Positions 46,378 through 55,814 of a stretch of DNA of 64,000 nt are shown in pieces. The position numbers and the translations under genes are program-made. The notes under the pieces are model-generated. The model did not search any database and was not told where the DNA came from. It saw nothing but the letters and a program-made list of their open reading frames with translations. Origin of the DNA: Candidatus Latescibacterota bacterium (GTDB taxonomy: Bacteria; Latescibacterota; UBA2968); assembly GCA_965116885.1 (NCBI GenBank), contig OZ220741.1, forward strand, positions 2,048,001-2,112,000, given 5' to 3'. Position 1 is the first letter of the stretch; each line of letters opens with the position of its first letter.

Positions 46378-47787
46378 ATGAAGCGACCGAATATTTTGTT
46401 TGTGATGACCGATGACCACACGCCGCGCGAGATGAGCAGTTATGGCAATCCGATTTTGCATACGCCCAATCTGGACCGCATTGGGAATGAGGGTACGCGG
46501 TTTAACAATTGTTTTTCGACTAACGCACTGTGCGCGCCTGCGCGGGGTACGGTGCTGACGGGATGTTTTTCACATGTCCACGGTATTCGGGGAAATTCCG
46601 AGAGGGCCGATGCGATTGAGAATCTGGATCCGAATGTGCCGACGTTTCCCGAGTTGCTTCGCGATGCGGGATATAAGACCGCGTTGTTTGGCAAGTATCA
46701 TATCCGGCAGGATCCGCGTGGATTTGATACGTGGTGTATTCATCCGGGGCAGGGTGTGTATTTTGACCCGACGTATATCGATAATGGGAAAGAGGTGCAA
46801 AAGGAGGGGTATGCCACGGATATAACGACGGATATGGCACTTGAATTTTTGAAGGGGTTGGATGGTGAGCAGCCCTTTTGTCTGGTGTATCAGTTTAAGG
46901 CGCCGCATCGACCGTTTACGCCAGCCCCCCGGCACGCGCATCTTTTTGAGGATGTTGAGATTCCCCAGCCGGAGACGTATGGCGATGATTTTGCGACGCG
47001 GAAGATTGCGGCTCTGGCCGAAGATATGAAGTTTGATATTAGTCTGGCGCCCGATTATGACGATATACCCGAGGGCTTGAGTGAAGGGGAAAAGAAGGAC
47101 TGGATTTACCAGCGTTTTATGAAGGATCGGTATCGCACGATTTACGGTGTGGATGAAAATCTGGGGCGGGTGCTGGATTATCTGGATGAGACGGGTTGGG
47201 CTGACGATACCCTGGTGATTTACACATCGGATCACGGGTATTTTTTGGGCGATTACGGATGGTACGACAAGCGGTTTATGTACGAGCCGTCAATTCGCAT
47301 TCCGCTGGTGGTGCGTTATCCAAATGGGGGTATAAGCGGCAATGTGACCGATGCGCTGGTGATGAATGTGGATTTTGCGCCGACGATTCTGGATTTTGCG
47401 GGTGTTGAAATTCCCGAAGGTGTGCAGGGCGAGAGTTTGCGTCCGTTGCTCCAGGGGACAGAGCCGGATGATTGGCGCAGGTCTGTTTATTACGCTTATT
47501 TTGAAGATTCATGGGTGCTGCACGGCAAGGGGGCAGAGGCGATGTCAGAGCCGTCGTTCCAGTATTTTACGCCGCACCGCATTGGCCCGCACCGCGGTGT
47601 GCGTACAGACCGCTACAAGCTGATTGAATATTATGCCGAGGGCGATTACTGGGAGTTGTTCGATTTGCAAGAGGATCCCAATGAATTGCGAAATGTGTAC
47701 GATGACGCCGCGTACGCAGATTTGGTGGCGGAATTGAAGGCTGAGTTGAGGAGGTTGCAGGTGCAGTATGGGGATTTGGGTGTGTGA
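46378..47787 (+). CDS. Cys-type sulfatase (N-acetylglucosamine-6-sulfatase-like)
   Basis: 'RPNILF.MTDDH', CAPAR motif, 'GKYH', 'KAPHR', 'SDHG', 'DKRFMYE'. Confidence 0.92.
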   Translation: MKRPNILFVMTDDHTPREMSSYGNPILHTPNLDRIGNEGTRFNNCFSTNALCAPARGTVLTGCFSHVHGIRGNSERADAIENLDPNVPTFPELLRDAGYKTALFGKYHIRQDPRGFDTWCIHPGQGVYFDPTYIDNGKEVQKEGYATDITTDMALEFLKGLDGEQPFCLVYQFKAPHRPFTPAPRHAHLFEDVEIPQPETYGDDFATRKIAALAEDMKFDISLAPDYDDIPEGLSEGEKKDWIYQRFMKDRYRTIYGVDENLGRVLDYLDETGWADDTLVIYTSDHGYFLGDYGWYDKRFMYEPSIRIPLVVRYPNGGISGNVTDALVMNVDFAPTILDFAGVEIPEGVQGESLRPLLQGTEPDDWRRSVYYAYFEDSWVLHGKGAEAMSEPSFQYFTPHRIGPHRGVRTDRYKLIEYYAEGDYWELFDLQEDPNELRNVYDDAAYADLVAELKAELRRLQVQYGDLGV

Positions 47788-47789
47788 AG

Positions 47790-49202
47790 CTACTTTTTGG
47801 GCATGTACACGTCGGTGGCGGAGCCGAGGTGGATTTCTGAGGCTATGCCGATGGATTCGACGAGTGAGGGGTGCGGGTGAATGGTGTGGGCAATGTCTTC
47901 GGCGACGGCAGCCATTTCAATGGCGAGTACGCCTTCGGCGATGAGGTCCCCCGCATGTGGTCCTACGATGCCCATGCCGAGTACGCGCTGGGTATAGGGA
48001 TCGACAATGAGCTTGGTCTGACCTTCGATGCGCCCAATTGCATGCGCTTTGCCCAGGGCGGCCCAGGGGAAGCGCACGATATCGACTTTTCGGTCTTGTT
48101 CGCGGGCGTCGGTTTCGGTCAGGCCCACCCAGGCAATTTCGGGATCGGTGTACACGACAGAGGGTATGAGTGCGTCAAAAGACGCGGGTTCACCGGCGAG
48201 AACTTCGGCGGCGATTTTGCCTTCGTGCGCGGCTTTGTGGGCAAGGCCGGGACCCGGAACGGCATCGCCGATTGCAAAGAGGCGGGGATCGTTTGTACGC
48301 ATCTGCGAATCGACTTCGATGAATCCCTGATCATTGGGTTCAATGTCCGTGTTTTCAAGGCCGATATTGTCTGTATTTGGGCGTCGGCCAATGCAGAGGA
48401 GGACGCGGTCGAATATTTCGGATGTTTTCGATTCTTCGCCTTCCCAGTGTACTTCAATGCCGGTGTTGACTTCTTCGATATGCGTGACGCGCGTGCGGGT
48501 GTGTATGGCGCTGAATGCCTGACGCAATCGGGTTTCGAGGGGTTTGATTAGATCGGGGTCGGTGCCGGGCAAGAGGGTATCGGTCATTTCGACGACTGTG
48601 ACGGCGCTTCCCAATGCGGCGTAAACACTGCCGAGTTCGAGACCGATGATGCCTCCGCCAACGACGAGAAGGCTTTTGGGTATTTCGTCGAGGTCGAGTG
48701 CTGTTGTCGAGTCCAGGATGCGCGGTGTGTCGAGCGCGAAAATTGGGAGGGAAATTGGGCGTGACCCCGTGGCGATGATGGCGTGTTCAAATTCTACGCG
48801 GTCGATATCCCCTTCGCCTGTGATAGACGCGCTTTGCGAATTCTCGAATTGCGCGTAGCCCGTCAGGTGGGTAACCTTGCGCTGGCGCACCAGACCAGAC
48901 AGACCGGTCGAGAGGCGGGTGATGATGTTGTCTTTCCAGCCGCGCAGGGCGTCCAGATCGATTTTGGGATCGCCAAAGGTGAGGCCATAAGTTCTGGCTT
49001 CACTGGCTTCGGTGATGAGTTCTGCAACGTGGAGCAGGGCTTTGGATGGGATGCACCCGCGCAATAAGCAGGTGCCACCGAGGTTGTCATCGGCATTGAC
49101 GAGGGTAACTTGCAGACCCAGGTCAGCAGCGCGAAAGGCCGCAGTATATCCGCCGGGACCGCCGCCGATTACGAGGAGATCGGTTTTGTGCGTTTCAGCC
49201 AT
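47790..49202 (-). CDS. lpdA: Dihydrolipoamide dehydrogenase (E3)
   Basis: 'GGGPGGY', 'GGTCLLRGCIPSKAL', 'HPHPS..E'. Confidence 0.96.
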   Translation of the reverse strand: MAETHKTDLLVIGGGPGGYTAAFRAADLGLQVTLVNADDNLGGTCLLRGCIPSKALLHVAELITEASEARTYGLTFGDPKIDLDALRGWKDNIITRLSTGLSGLVRQRKVTHLTGYAQFENSQSASITGEGDIDRVEFEHAIIATGSRPISLPIFALDTPRILDSTTALDLDEIPKSLLVVGGGIIGLELGSVYAALGSAVTVVEMTDTLLPGTDPDLIKPLETRLRQAFSAIHTRTRVTHIEEVNTGIEVHWEGEESKTSEIFDRVLLCIGRRPNTDNIGLENTDIEPNDQGFIEVDSQMRTNDPRLFAIGDAVPGPGLAHKAAHEGKIAAEVLAGEPASFDALIPSVVYTDPEIAWVGLTETDAREQDRKVDIVRFPWAALGKAHAIGRIEGQTKLIVDPYTQRVLGMGIVGPHAGDLIAEGVLAIEMAAVAEDIAHTIHPHPSLVESIGIASEIHLGSATDVYMPKK

Positions 49203-49216
49203 GTGATTTCTCCAGT

Positions 49217-50470
49217 TTATCCGCCCATGAGCATGAGTTCCGGGTTTTCGAGCGCATCGACGATTTTTCGCATAAATCGCGCGCCGTCGGCGCCGTCAAT
49301 GACGCGGTGATCATAAGAGAGTGCCAGAGGCATGATGAGGCGGGGTTCGATGCGGCCCTCGCGCACGGTGGCTTCTTCTCTTGCGCGTCCAAATCCCAAT
49401 ATCGCAACTTCGGGGTGATTGACGATGGGGGTAAATTCGCCCACGCCCAGGCTACCCAGATTGGTGACGGTGAATGTGCCGCCTTGTAATTCGTCGAGGC
49501 CGATTTTGCTGGTGCGAGCGCGGTCGCTGATGTCGCCGAGTTCGAGAGCCAATTCCAGGATGTCTTTGCGATCGACGTCTTTGATGACGGGAACGAGTAA
49601 GCCGCGCTCGGTGTCAACGGCGATGCCGAGGTTGTAGTAGTGTTTGAGAATAATTTCATTGGCGCCTGTATCGAGGCTGGCGTTGAATTGCGGAAAGGTC
49701 TTGAGCGAGGTGATGATTGCTTTTAGCGCGAGGACAGTTGGCGTCAGTTTGGCTCCCAGTGCTTCGGCTTTTTCTTTGTTGCGCTGCCGAAATGCTTCGA
49801 GGTCTGTGACGTCTGCGCGATCAAATTGCGTGACATGAGCCACCTGTTGCCAGGCCTGGCTCATATTTTTTGCTATAATTTGCCGAACTTTGCTGAGGGG
49901 TTGGCGCTCGATGTTGCCCCATCTCGAGAAGTCGGGCAATTCGACGGGTGCGGTTGGTGCAATACCACCTGTTTGCCGGTCGCGCACAGCGGCTTTGATA
50001 TCGTCTTGTGAGATGCGGCCACCCGGTCCAGAGCCAGCGACCTGTGTGAGATCTACACCGAGCTCTCGCGCGAGCCGCCGCGTGGATGGGGCTGCGGGAA
50101 TGGGGTCGCCGTTGGACGCGGGTGCAGGTGGTCTGGGTGCGGGAGGTGTTGGCTCGGGTGCTCTGGGTTCGGGTTCTTCTTTTGGTGCAGGGGTTGGTGC
50201 TTCGGCTTCCGGCTCTTCTGGGACGGATTTTTCACCTTCTTCAACGGAGATCAATAAACTGCCCACGGGCACGCGGTCTCCGGCACTAATGTGTATTTTT
50301 GTGATGGTGCCAGCAACACTGCTGGGTACTTCAACGAGGGCTTTGTCGGTTTCGAGTTCGACTACGCTTTGATCGATTTCAACGGTGTCGCCCTCGGCAA
50401 CGAGTACGCTGACTACATCGCCAGCTTCTACACCTTCGCCGAGATCGGGAAGTTTAAATTCGGTTGCCAC
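49217..50470 (-). CDS. aceF: Dihydrolipoamide acetyltransferase (E2, single lipoyl domain; GTG start)
   Basis: Lipoyl 'ETDKA', E3-binding 'APSTRRLARELGVDL', 'DHRVIDGA'. Confidence 0.93.
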   Translation of the reverse strand: MATEFKLPDLGEGVEAGDVVSVLVAEGDTVEIDQSVVELETDKALVEVPSSVAGTITKIHISAGDRVPVGSLLISVEEGEKSVPEEPEAEAPTPAPKEEPEPRAPEPTPPAPRPPAPASNGDPIPAAPSTRRLARELGVDLTQVAGSGPGGRISQDDIKAAVRDRQTGGIAPTAPVELPDFSRWGNIERQPLSKVRQIIAKNMSQAWQQVAHVTQFDRADVTDLEAFRQRNKEKAEALGAKLTPTVLALKAIITSLKTFPQFNASLDTGANEIILKHYYNLGIAVDTERGLLVPVIKDVDRKDILELALELGDISDRARTSKIGLDELQGGTFTVTNLGSLGVGEFTPIVNHPEVAILGFGRAREEATVREGRIEPRLIMPLALSYDHRVIDGADGARFMRKIVDALENPELMLMGG

Positions 50471-50495
50471 GAGACCTCCTTAATCGCGGATTGAG

Positions 50496-53201
50496 TTAAT
50501 AGTACGTCGTGACCGGGCCTGCCGATACGGGGTCGATTTTTTCGGGATCTATTCCGAGTTCGTCGATGGCTGTGGCGACTTGTTCGCGTTTGATTTTGCC
50601 CTGTTTTGCCAGGACGTGAAGCGCGGCCACAGCAATGCACTCGGCGTCAACTTCAAAATGCCGGCGCAGAGCCTGGCGCGTGTCGCTGCGCCCAAATCCA
50701 TCTGTGCCGAGGACCATCATGTCTTCGGGTACCCAGGGGCGGATCATTTCGGGCAGGGATTTCATGTAATCGGATGCGGCGACTATTGGACCATCGGTTT
50801 TTTCGAGTACTTTGACGATATACGGCTTTTTCTTTCGCCGAGTTGGGTGCAGCATGTTCCACCGCTCGGTTTCAAGCGCGTCCCGCCGCAATTCCTTGTA
50901 TGAAGTGACGCTCCACACGTCGGCGGAAATATTGTATTCGGCGGCGAGGATTTCTTGCGCGCGCAGGGTTTCGCGAAGGATGGATGCACTGCCAAAGAGC
51001 TGAATCTTGTGCTGGCCCTGTTGTGTTTCGTGCGTCTTGAGCGGATAAATGCCTTTGACAATGCCTTCTTCAACGCCTTTGGGCATGGGAGGGTGTTCGT
51101 AGTTTTCGTTGCCCAGAGTTATGTAGTAATAAACATCTTCCTGTTCCTGATACATGCGCCGGATGCCGTCCTGGATGATGATGGCAATTTCGTAAGCATA
51201 GGCCGGATCGTAGGCGATACAGTTGGGAACAGATGAGGCGAGAATGTGGCTGTGTCCGTCTTCGTGCTGGAGTCCTTCGCCGTTGAGCGTGGTGCGCCCG
51301 GCTGTTCCGCCTAAGAGAAAGCCCTTGCAGCGGATATCGCCGGCCAGCCACATGAGGTCGCCCACGCGCTGAAATCCGAACATGGAATAGTAGATGTAGA
51401 ACGGGATGGTGTTGACGCCGTGTGTGGCATAAGCTGTGCCAGCGCAGATGAATGAGGACATGGCACCGGCTTCGTTGATGCCTTCTTCGAGTATTTGGCC
51501 GTCTTGCGCTTCGCGATAGTAGCTGATGTTGCCCGCGTCAACGGGTTCGTATATCTGCCCCATGTGCGAGTAGATGCCGAGTTGCCGAAAGAGGGAATCC
51601 ATACCAAAGGTGCGGGCTTCGTCCGGGATGATGGGGACGAGCAGTTTGCCGATGTCTTTGTCGCGAGCGAGTTTGGCAAACAGGCGCGCAAAAGCCATGG
51701 TTGTAGAGGCCTGGCGATCACCTGTACCTTTGAAGGCTTCGTCGAATACATCGCGCGAGGGTGCTTGAATGGGTTTGGCACGTACGCTTCGGCTGGGCAA
51801 ATAGCCGCCGAGTTCGCGGCGTTGTTGTTGCAAATACTGCATTTCGGGGCTGTCGTCGGGGGGACGATAAAAGGGTGCTTTGCCCACCTCGCTGTCGGAG
51901 ATGGGAATGTCAAAGCGCCGCTTAAATTCTCGCATCTCGTCTTCTTCGAGCTTTTTTTGCTGGTGGGTCATGTTGCGGCCTTCGCCAGCTTCGCCCAGGC
52001 CATAGCCTTTGATGGTTTTGGCCAGGATGACTGTTGGTGCGCCTTTGTGTTCCACAGCGGCTTTGAAGGCGGCGTACACTTTTTCGGGATCGTGACCCCC
52101 GCGACGCAATTTTTGAAGTTGTTCATCCGAGAGGTGTTCGACTATTTTGAGCAGGTCGGGATGGGTGCCAAAAAAGTCGCGGCGAATGTATTCGCCGGAT
52201 TCGACGGTGTATTTCTGGTATTGGCCATCGACGACTTCTTCCATGCGCTGCTGAAGCAGGCCCTGGGTGTCTTGTTCGAGTAGTGCGTCCCAATCGTCTC
52301 CCCATATCACTTTGATGACATTCCAGCCAGCGCCGCGAAATACCTGTTCGAGTTCTTGAATGATTTTGCTATTGCCGCGCACGGGACCGTCGAGGCGTTG
52401 CAGGTTGCAATTGATCACGAAGATGAGGTTGTCGAGTTGTTCGCGGGTTGCCAGGCTGATGGCGCCGAGGGTTTCGGGTTCGTCTGTTTCGCCGTCGCCA
52501 ACGAAGACCCAGACTTTGGAATCGCGAGTCGATTTGAGGCCGCGGTCTTCGAGGTAGCGGTTGAAGCGGGCCTGAAAGATGCCCATGAGGGGACCAAGTC
52601 CCATTGAGACGGTGGGAAATTGCCAGAAGTCGGGCATGAGATAGGGATGGGGATAGGAAGATAGACCGCCGGGATTGCGGAGTTCTCGGCGGAAGTTTTC
52701 GAGGTGTTCGGTGCTCAGCCGGCCTTCGAGAAAGGCGCGGGCATACATGCCGGGCGAGGCATGACCCTGGAAGAAGACCTGGTCTCCGGAGAAATCGCCA
52801 TTGGGTGCTTTGAAGAAGTGATTTTGACCCACTTCATATAGCGTGGCAGCCGATGCAAAGGTGGAGATGTGACCGCCGATGCCATCGGCTTCTTTATTGG
52901 CACGGGTGACCATGGCCATGGCATTCCAGCGCACGAGACTTTTGATGCGGCGCTCAATTTCGCGGTCGCCCGGATAGGGCAGTTGTTTGTCGCGCGGGAT
53001 GGTGTTGATATAAGGCGTATGGGATGCGAAGGGTATGTCAACGCCCAGACTTTTTTCTGCTTCTTGTTCGAGGCGGTCGAGCAAATAGCGCACGCGCTCG
53101 GGGCCGCCGTGTTGCAGAACATAAGCCAGAGATTCGATCCATTCTTCGGTTTCTATAGGATCGGTATCGCGAAATGTATCTGGTGCGACAGAATCGGCCA
53201 T
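50496..53201 (-). CDS. aceE: Pyruvate dehydrogenase E1, homodimeric type
   Basis: 'DTDPIETEEW', 'GGHISTFAS', 'QGHASPG', 'GDGETDE', 'QRLDGPVRGN'. Confidence 0.97.
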   Translation of the reverse strand: MADSVAPDTFRDTDPIETEEWIESLAYVLQHGGPERVRYLLDRLEQEAEKSLGVDIPFASHTPYINTIPRDKQLPYPGDREIERRIKSLVRWNAMAMVTRANKEADGIGGHISTFASAATLYEVGQNHFFKAPNGDFSGDQVFFQGHASPGMYARAFLEGRLSTEHLENFRRELRNPGGLSSYPHPYLMPDFWQFPTVSMGLGPLMGIFQARFNRYLEDRGLKSTRDSKVWVFVGDGETDEPETLGAISLATREQLDNLIFVINCNLQRLDGPVRGNSKIIQELEQVFRGAGWNVIKVIWGDDWDALLEQDTQGLLQQRMEEVVDGQYQKYTVESGEYIRRDFFGTHPDLLKIVEHLSDEQLQKLRRGGHDPEKVYAAFKAAVEHKGAPTVILAKTIKGYGLGEAGEGRNMTHQQKKLEEDEMREFKRRFDIPISDSEVGKAPFYRPPDDSPEMQYLQQQRRELGGYLPSRSVRAKPIQAPSRDVFDEAFKGTGDRQASTTMAFARLFAKLARDKDIGKLLVPIIPDEARTFGMDSLFRQLGIYSHMGQIYEPVDAGNISYYREAQDGQILEEGINEAGAMSSFICAGTAYATHGVNTIPFYIYYSMFGFQRVGDLMWLAGDIRCKGFLLGGTAGRTTLNGEGLQHEDGHSHILASSVPNCIAYDPAYAYEIAIIIQDGIRRMYQEQEDVYYYITLGNENYEHPPMPKGVEEGIVKGIYPLKTHETQQGQHKIQLFGSASILRETLRAQEILAAEYNISADVWSVTSYKELRRDALETERWNMLHPTRRKKKPYIVKVLEKTDGPIVAASDYMKSLPEMIRPWVPEDMMVLGTDGFGRSDTRQALRRHFEVDAECIAVAALHVLAKQGKIKREQVATAIDELGIDPEKIDPVSAGPVTTYY

Positions 53202-53470
53202 GGTAAAACTCCTTTGTTCTGGAGTGCAATAACAGGTATTGATAATAATATACGCGCGTATCCAAATGTCTCTTCTGTGCGTGAAATTTACGAGGGATAA
53301 TGAATTTTGTCAAATGTAGAGCGTATTTTTTTGCGAGAGAATGGCAAATTTTAAGGGGATATATTTATATAAGATGTTGTTAATTAGTAAAATGATATGA
53401 TTAGTTGACTGGTTGGTAAAGTATGGTAAAAAAACAGGACATCTCGCATCTTCCGGGGGGAGAATAGATG

Positions 53471-53863
53471 TCAGGCGTCCGGTACTTGTTGTCCCCGATG
53501 GCAGGTCTGGCAGGTGATCTGGGTGAATTGTCCTTCTTTGAAGTCTTTGAGGATTTCGCCATTGATTTTTTGCGTCATGGTAATCATGAGGCGCGCGATG
53601 TCTTTGCGGGGGTTTTCGTCTGAGGCGAAGTCGTAAGTGGATAGGGATTGGCCTTCTTCCCCTTTGTGGCAAGCGTGACAGCGCACGCCCAGTGCTTTGC
53701 TAAAGTCTTTCATGTATTGCATGAGTTGCGCTTTTTTGATGTCTTTGGGCAGGACTTTTAAGTTGGTGTAGGTGTCGGGAATTTGCGCGAAAGATGCGGT
53801 GACGATCAGAGAGATGAGGGAACTGAGTGTGAGAATGAGTGCGATGAGTAGTGAACGGTTCAT
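53471..53863 (-). CDS. Secreted di-haem c-type cytochrome
   Basis: Signal peptide; two CxxCH motifs (CHACH, CQTCH); 'NLKVLP'; AGGAGG RBS. Confidence 0.85.
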   Translation of the reverse strand: MNRSLLIALILTLSSLISLIVTASFAQIPDTYTNLKVLPKDIKKAQLMQYMKDFSKALGVRCHACHKGEEGQSLSTYDFASDENPRKDIARLMITMTQKINGEILKDFKEGQFTQITCQTCHRGQQVPDA

Positions 53864-53876
53864 GGCGCCTCCTTTT

Positions 53877-54905
53877 TTATCTGTGATTATCCAGCCATTG
53901 CAGTTGATTTGTTTGCGGAAAAGCGGTGATGGGATTTTCGAGAGGTCCAATGCCTTCAAAGGTCATGCACACGCGGTCGCCTTCACGCAAGCCGCTTTCG
54001 AGGTCGTCGTCGGAAAAGACAATGGGTGTGCCCCAGTAGAGGATTTGCAGGGTGTCGGGTTCAAGGGGTAGGCGGGAAAAGAGCGATCGTTCGAGGTGAA
54101 AGAGGCCGTCGGGCATGTTGAGATGGTTTTGTCCGGTATGTCCTTCTTTGTAGGCGATGCGCGTGTTGTTGCGTATCACTTCACAAGAGACGGCTATGCT
54201 GCTGTCGTCATAAGCGGGGTCGGTGACCATCAGCGGACCGAGGCTGGCGCAGCCGTGGGACCAGTTTTTGGCCTGGGGTAAGTTGAGTGGGTTTTCGGCT
54301 TCGATGCCGTTGTCGGTGTAGTCGTTGCCGCCGGTATATCCCAGGCGTTCAATTTGACCTGTGGTGTTGAGGCCGTAAATGGTTACGAGTTCTGTTTCGG
54401 GTACAAGGCGCTGGGTGTTGTGCGGGTGCGATATACATCCGCCGTGTCCGACGAGGGCGGCGGTGTCGTTCTTGGCAAAGAGTTCGGGCGTGCCGCCTTG
54501 CGCGCATTCCCGGTATTTTTGATCATAGACGTTGACGGCGTCACCGGTGGCCTGTTTGGCTTCTATTTCGCGCAATTTCGCGCTGTCTTCATGGGTGACG
54601 CCGGCCAGCCAGATCCGCAGTTTGTGCGGTGCATCTGTCGGTGCGGTTACCGGGCTGATGAGGTGAGGTTGGTCGGGATCGGCTGCGTTGTTCAAGAGGT
54701 CGCGGAGTGAGAGGCGCGGCGCATTGTGGATATTGATTGACTCTACTGTGGTTTCAATGCCGTTTTTGTTGCCTCCGTGGCGGTAATAGAGGTCGTGAAG
54801 CGAAGCCGGGTGGGGGGCGCAGGCTGTGAGGTCAAAGACATCGTCGCCTTTGACAAGCCCCAGGCGAGATCCTTGTTCGGGTTGTGCGAATTGCAATAGT
54901 TTCAT
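53877..54905 (-). CDS. Fumarylacetoacetate-hydrolase-family protein (2-keto-3-deoxy-pentonate dehydratase-like)
   Basis: 'IW.AGVT', 'PELF.K', 'VPE.EL', 'GYT.GND', 'IEAENPL.LPQAK', 'GIG.L.N'. Confidence 0.75.
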   Translation of the reverse strand: MKLLQFAQPEQGSRLGLVKGDDVFDLTACAPHPASLHDLYYRHGGNKNGIETTVESINIHNAPRLSLRDLLNNAADPDQPHLISPVTAPTDAPHKLRIWLAGVTHEDSAKLREIEAKQATGDAVNVYDQKYRECAQGGTPELFAKNDTAALVGHGGCISHPHNTQRLVPETELVTIYGLNTTGQIERLGYTGGNDYTDNGIEAENPLNLPQAKNWSHGCASLGPLMVTDPAYDDSSIAVSCEVIRNNTRIAYKEGHTGQNHLNMPDGLFHLERSLFSRLPLEPDTLQILYWGTPIVFSDDDLESGLREGDRVCMTFEGIGPLENPITAFPQTNQLQWLDNHR

Positions 54906-55034
54906 GGTTGCCTCGGTGATTGTGGGATGGAAAACAAGAATAGTTATTATTGGGACACCTGTAAAGCAGATTTATCGTTAGCCATTGTGCGAATTTTTTT
55001 ACATATTGAGAAAGGAACAAAGGAGGCGGATCTT

Positions 55035-55814
55035 ATGGCTATAGCACTGATTACGGGCGCGTCGAGTGGTATTGGTTTGGAATTGGCGCGGGTGTTTGCT
55101 GCTGATGGGGTTGATGTGATTTTGTCGGCGCGGTCCGAGGATAAGTTGCAGGTGCTGGCGGGAGAAGTGCGGGAGAAGTACGGTGTAAGAGCTGAGGTGA
55201 TTGTGGCCGATTTGTCGGTGCCGGGTGAGGCAAAGAAGGTTTATGACCGGGTTGTGGAAATGGGATGGGATGTGGATTATCTGGTGAATAATGCCGGGTT
55301 TGGGGTGTATGGTTTTTATGCAGAGACAGATTGGATAGCCGAAGCGGATATGTTACAGGTGAATATTGTCGCTTTGACGCATTTGACCAAGTTGTTTTTG
55401 CCTGGTTTGATCGATAGGGGGCGAGGAAGAATTTTGAATGTGGCTTCGACTGCGGCGTTTCAGCCCGGTCCGAGGATGGCTGTGTATTTTGCGACGAAGG
55501 CGTATGTGTTGTCGTTTTCAGATGCGATTGCCAATGAGTTAAAGGGTACGGGTGTGAGCGTGACTGCGCTGTGTCCAGGGGCAACGGAGACGGGGTTTCA
55601 ACGCGCTGCGGGTGCAACGGGTTCGCGTTTGTTTGATATGCGCGGGTTGCCCACGGGGGCCGATGTGGCGAAGTATGGGTATAGAGCTATGCAAAAGGGA
55701 AAGCGGGTCGCTATTCACGGGTTGATCAGTAAGATGCTGGCTTTTACTGTGCGCTTATTACCTCGACGAATTGTTGCCGCAACGACGAGAGCGTTGATTG
55801 CGAGGAGTGATTAA
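55035..55814 (+). CDS. Short-chain dehydrogenase/reductase
   Basis: 'TGASSGIG', 'NNAG', 'YFATK'; AGGAGG RBS. Confidence 0.92.
   Translation: MAIALITGASSGIGLELARVFAADGVDVILSARSEDKLQVLAGEVREKYGVRAEVIVADLSVPGEAKKVYDRVVEMGWDVDYLVNNAGFGVYGFYAETDWIAEADMLQVNIVALTHLTKLFLPGLIDRGRGRILNVASTAAFQPGPRMAVYFATKAYVLSFSDAIANELKGTGVSVTALCPGATETGFQRAAGATGSRLFDMRGLPTGADVAKYGYRAMQKGKRVAIHGLISKMLAFTVRLLPRRIVAATTRALIARSD

Noticed and set aside
53471..53863. Photosynthetic reaction-centre cytochrome implying phototrophy
   Set aside because: Only two haem motifs in ~130 aa and no puf/bch genes; this small family occurs in non-phototrophs
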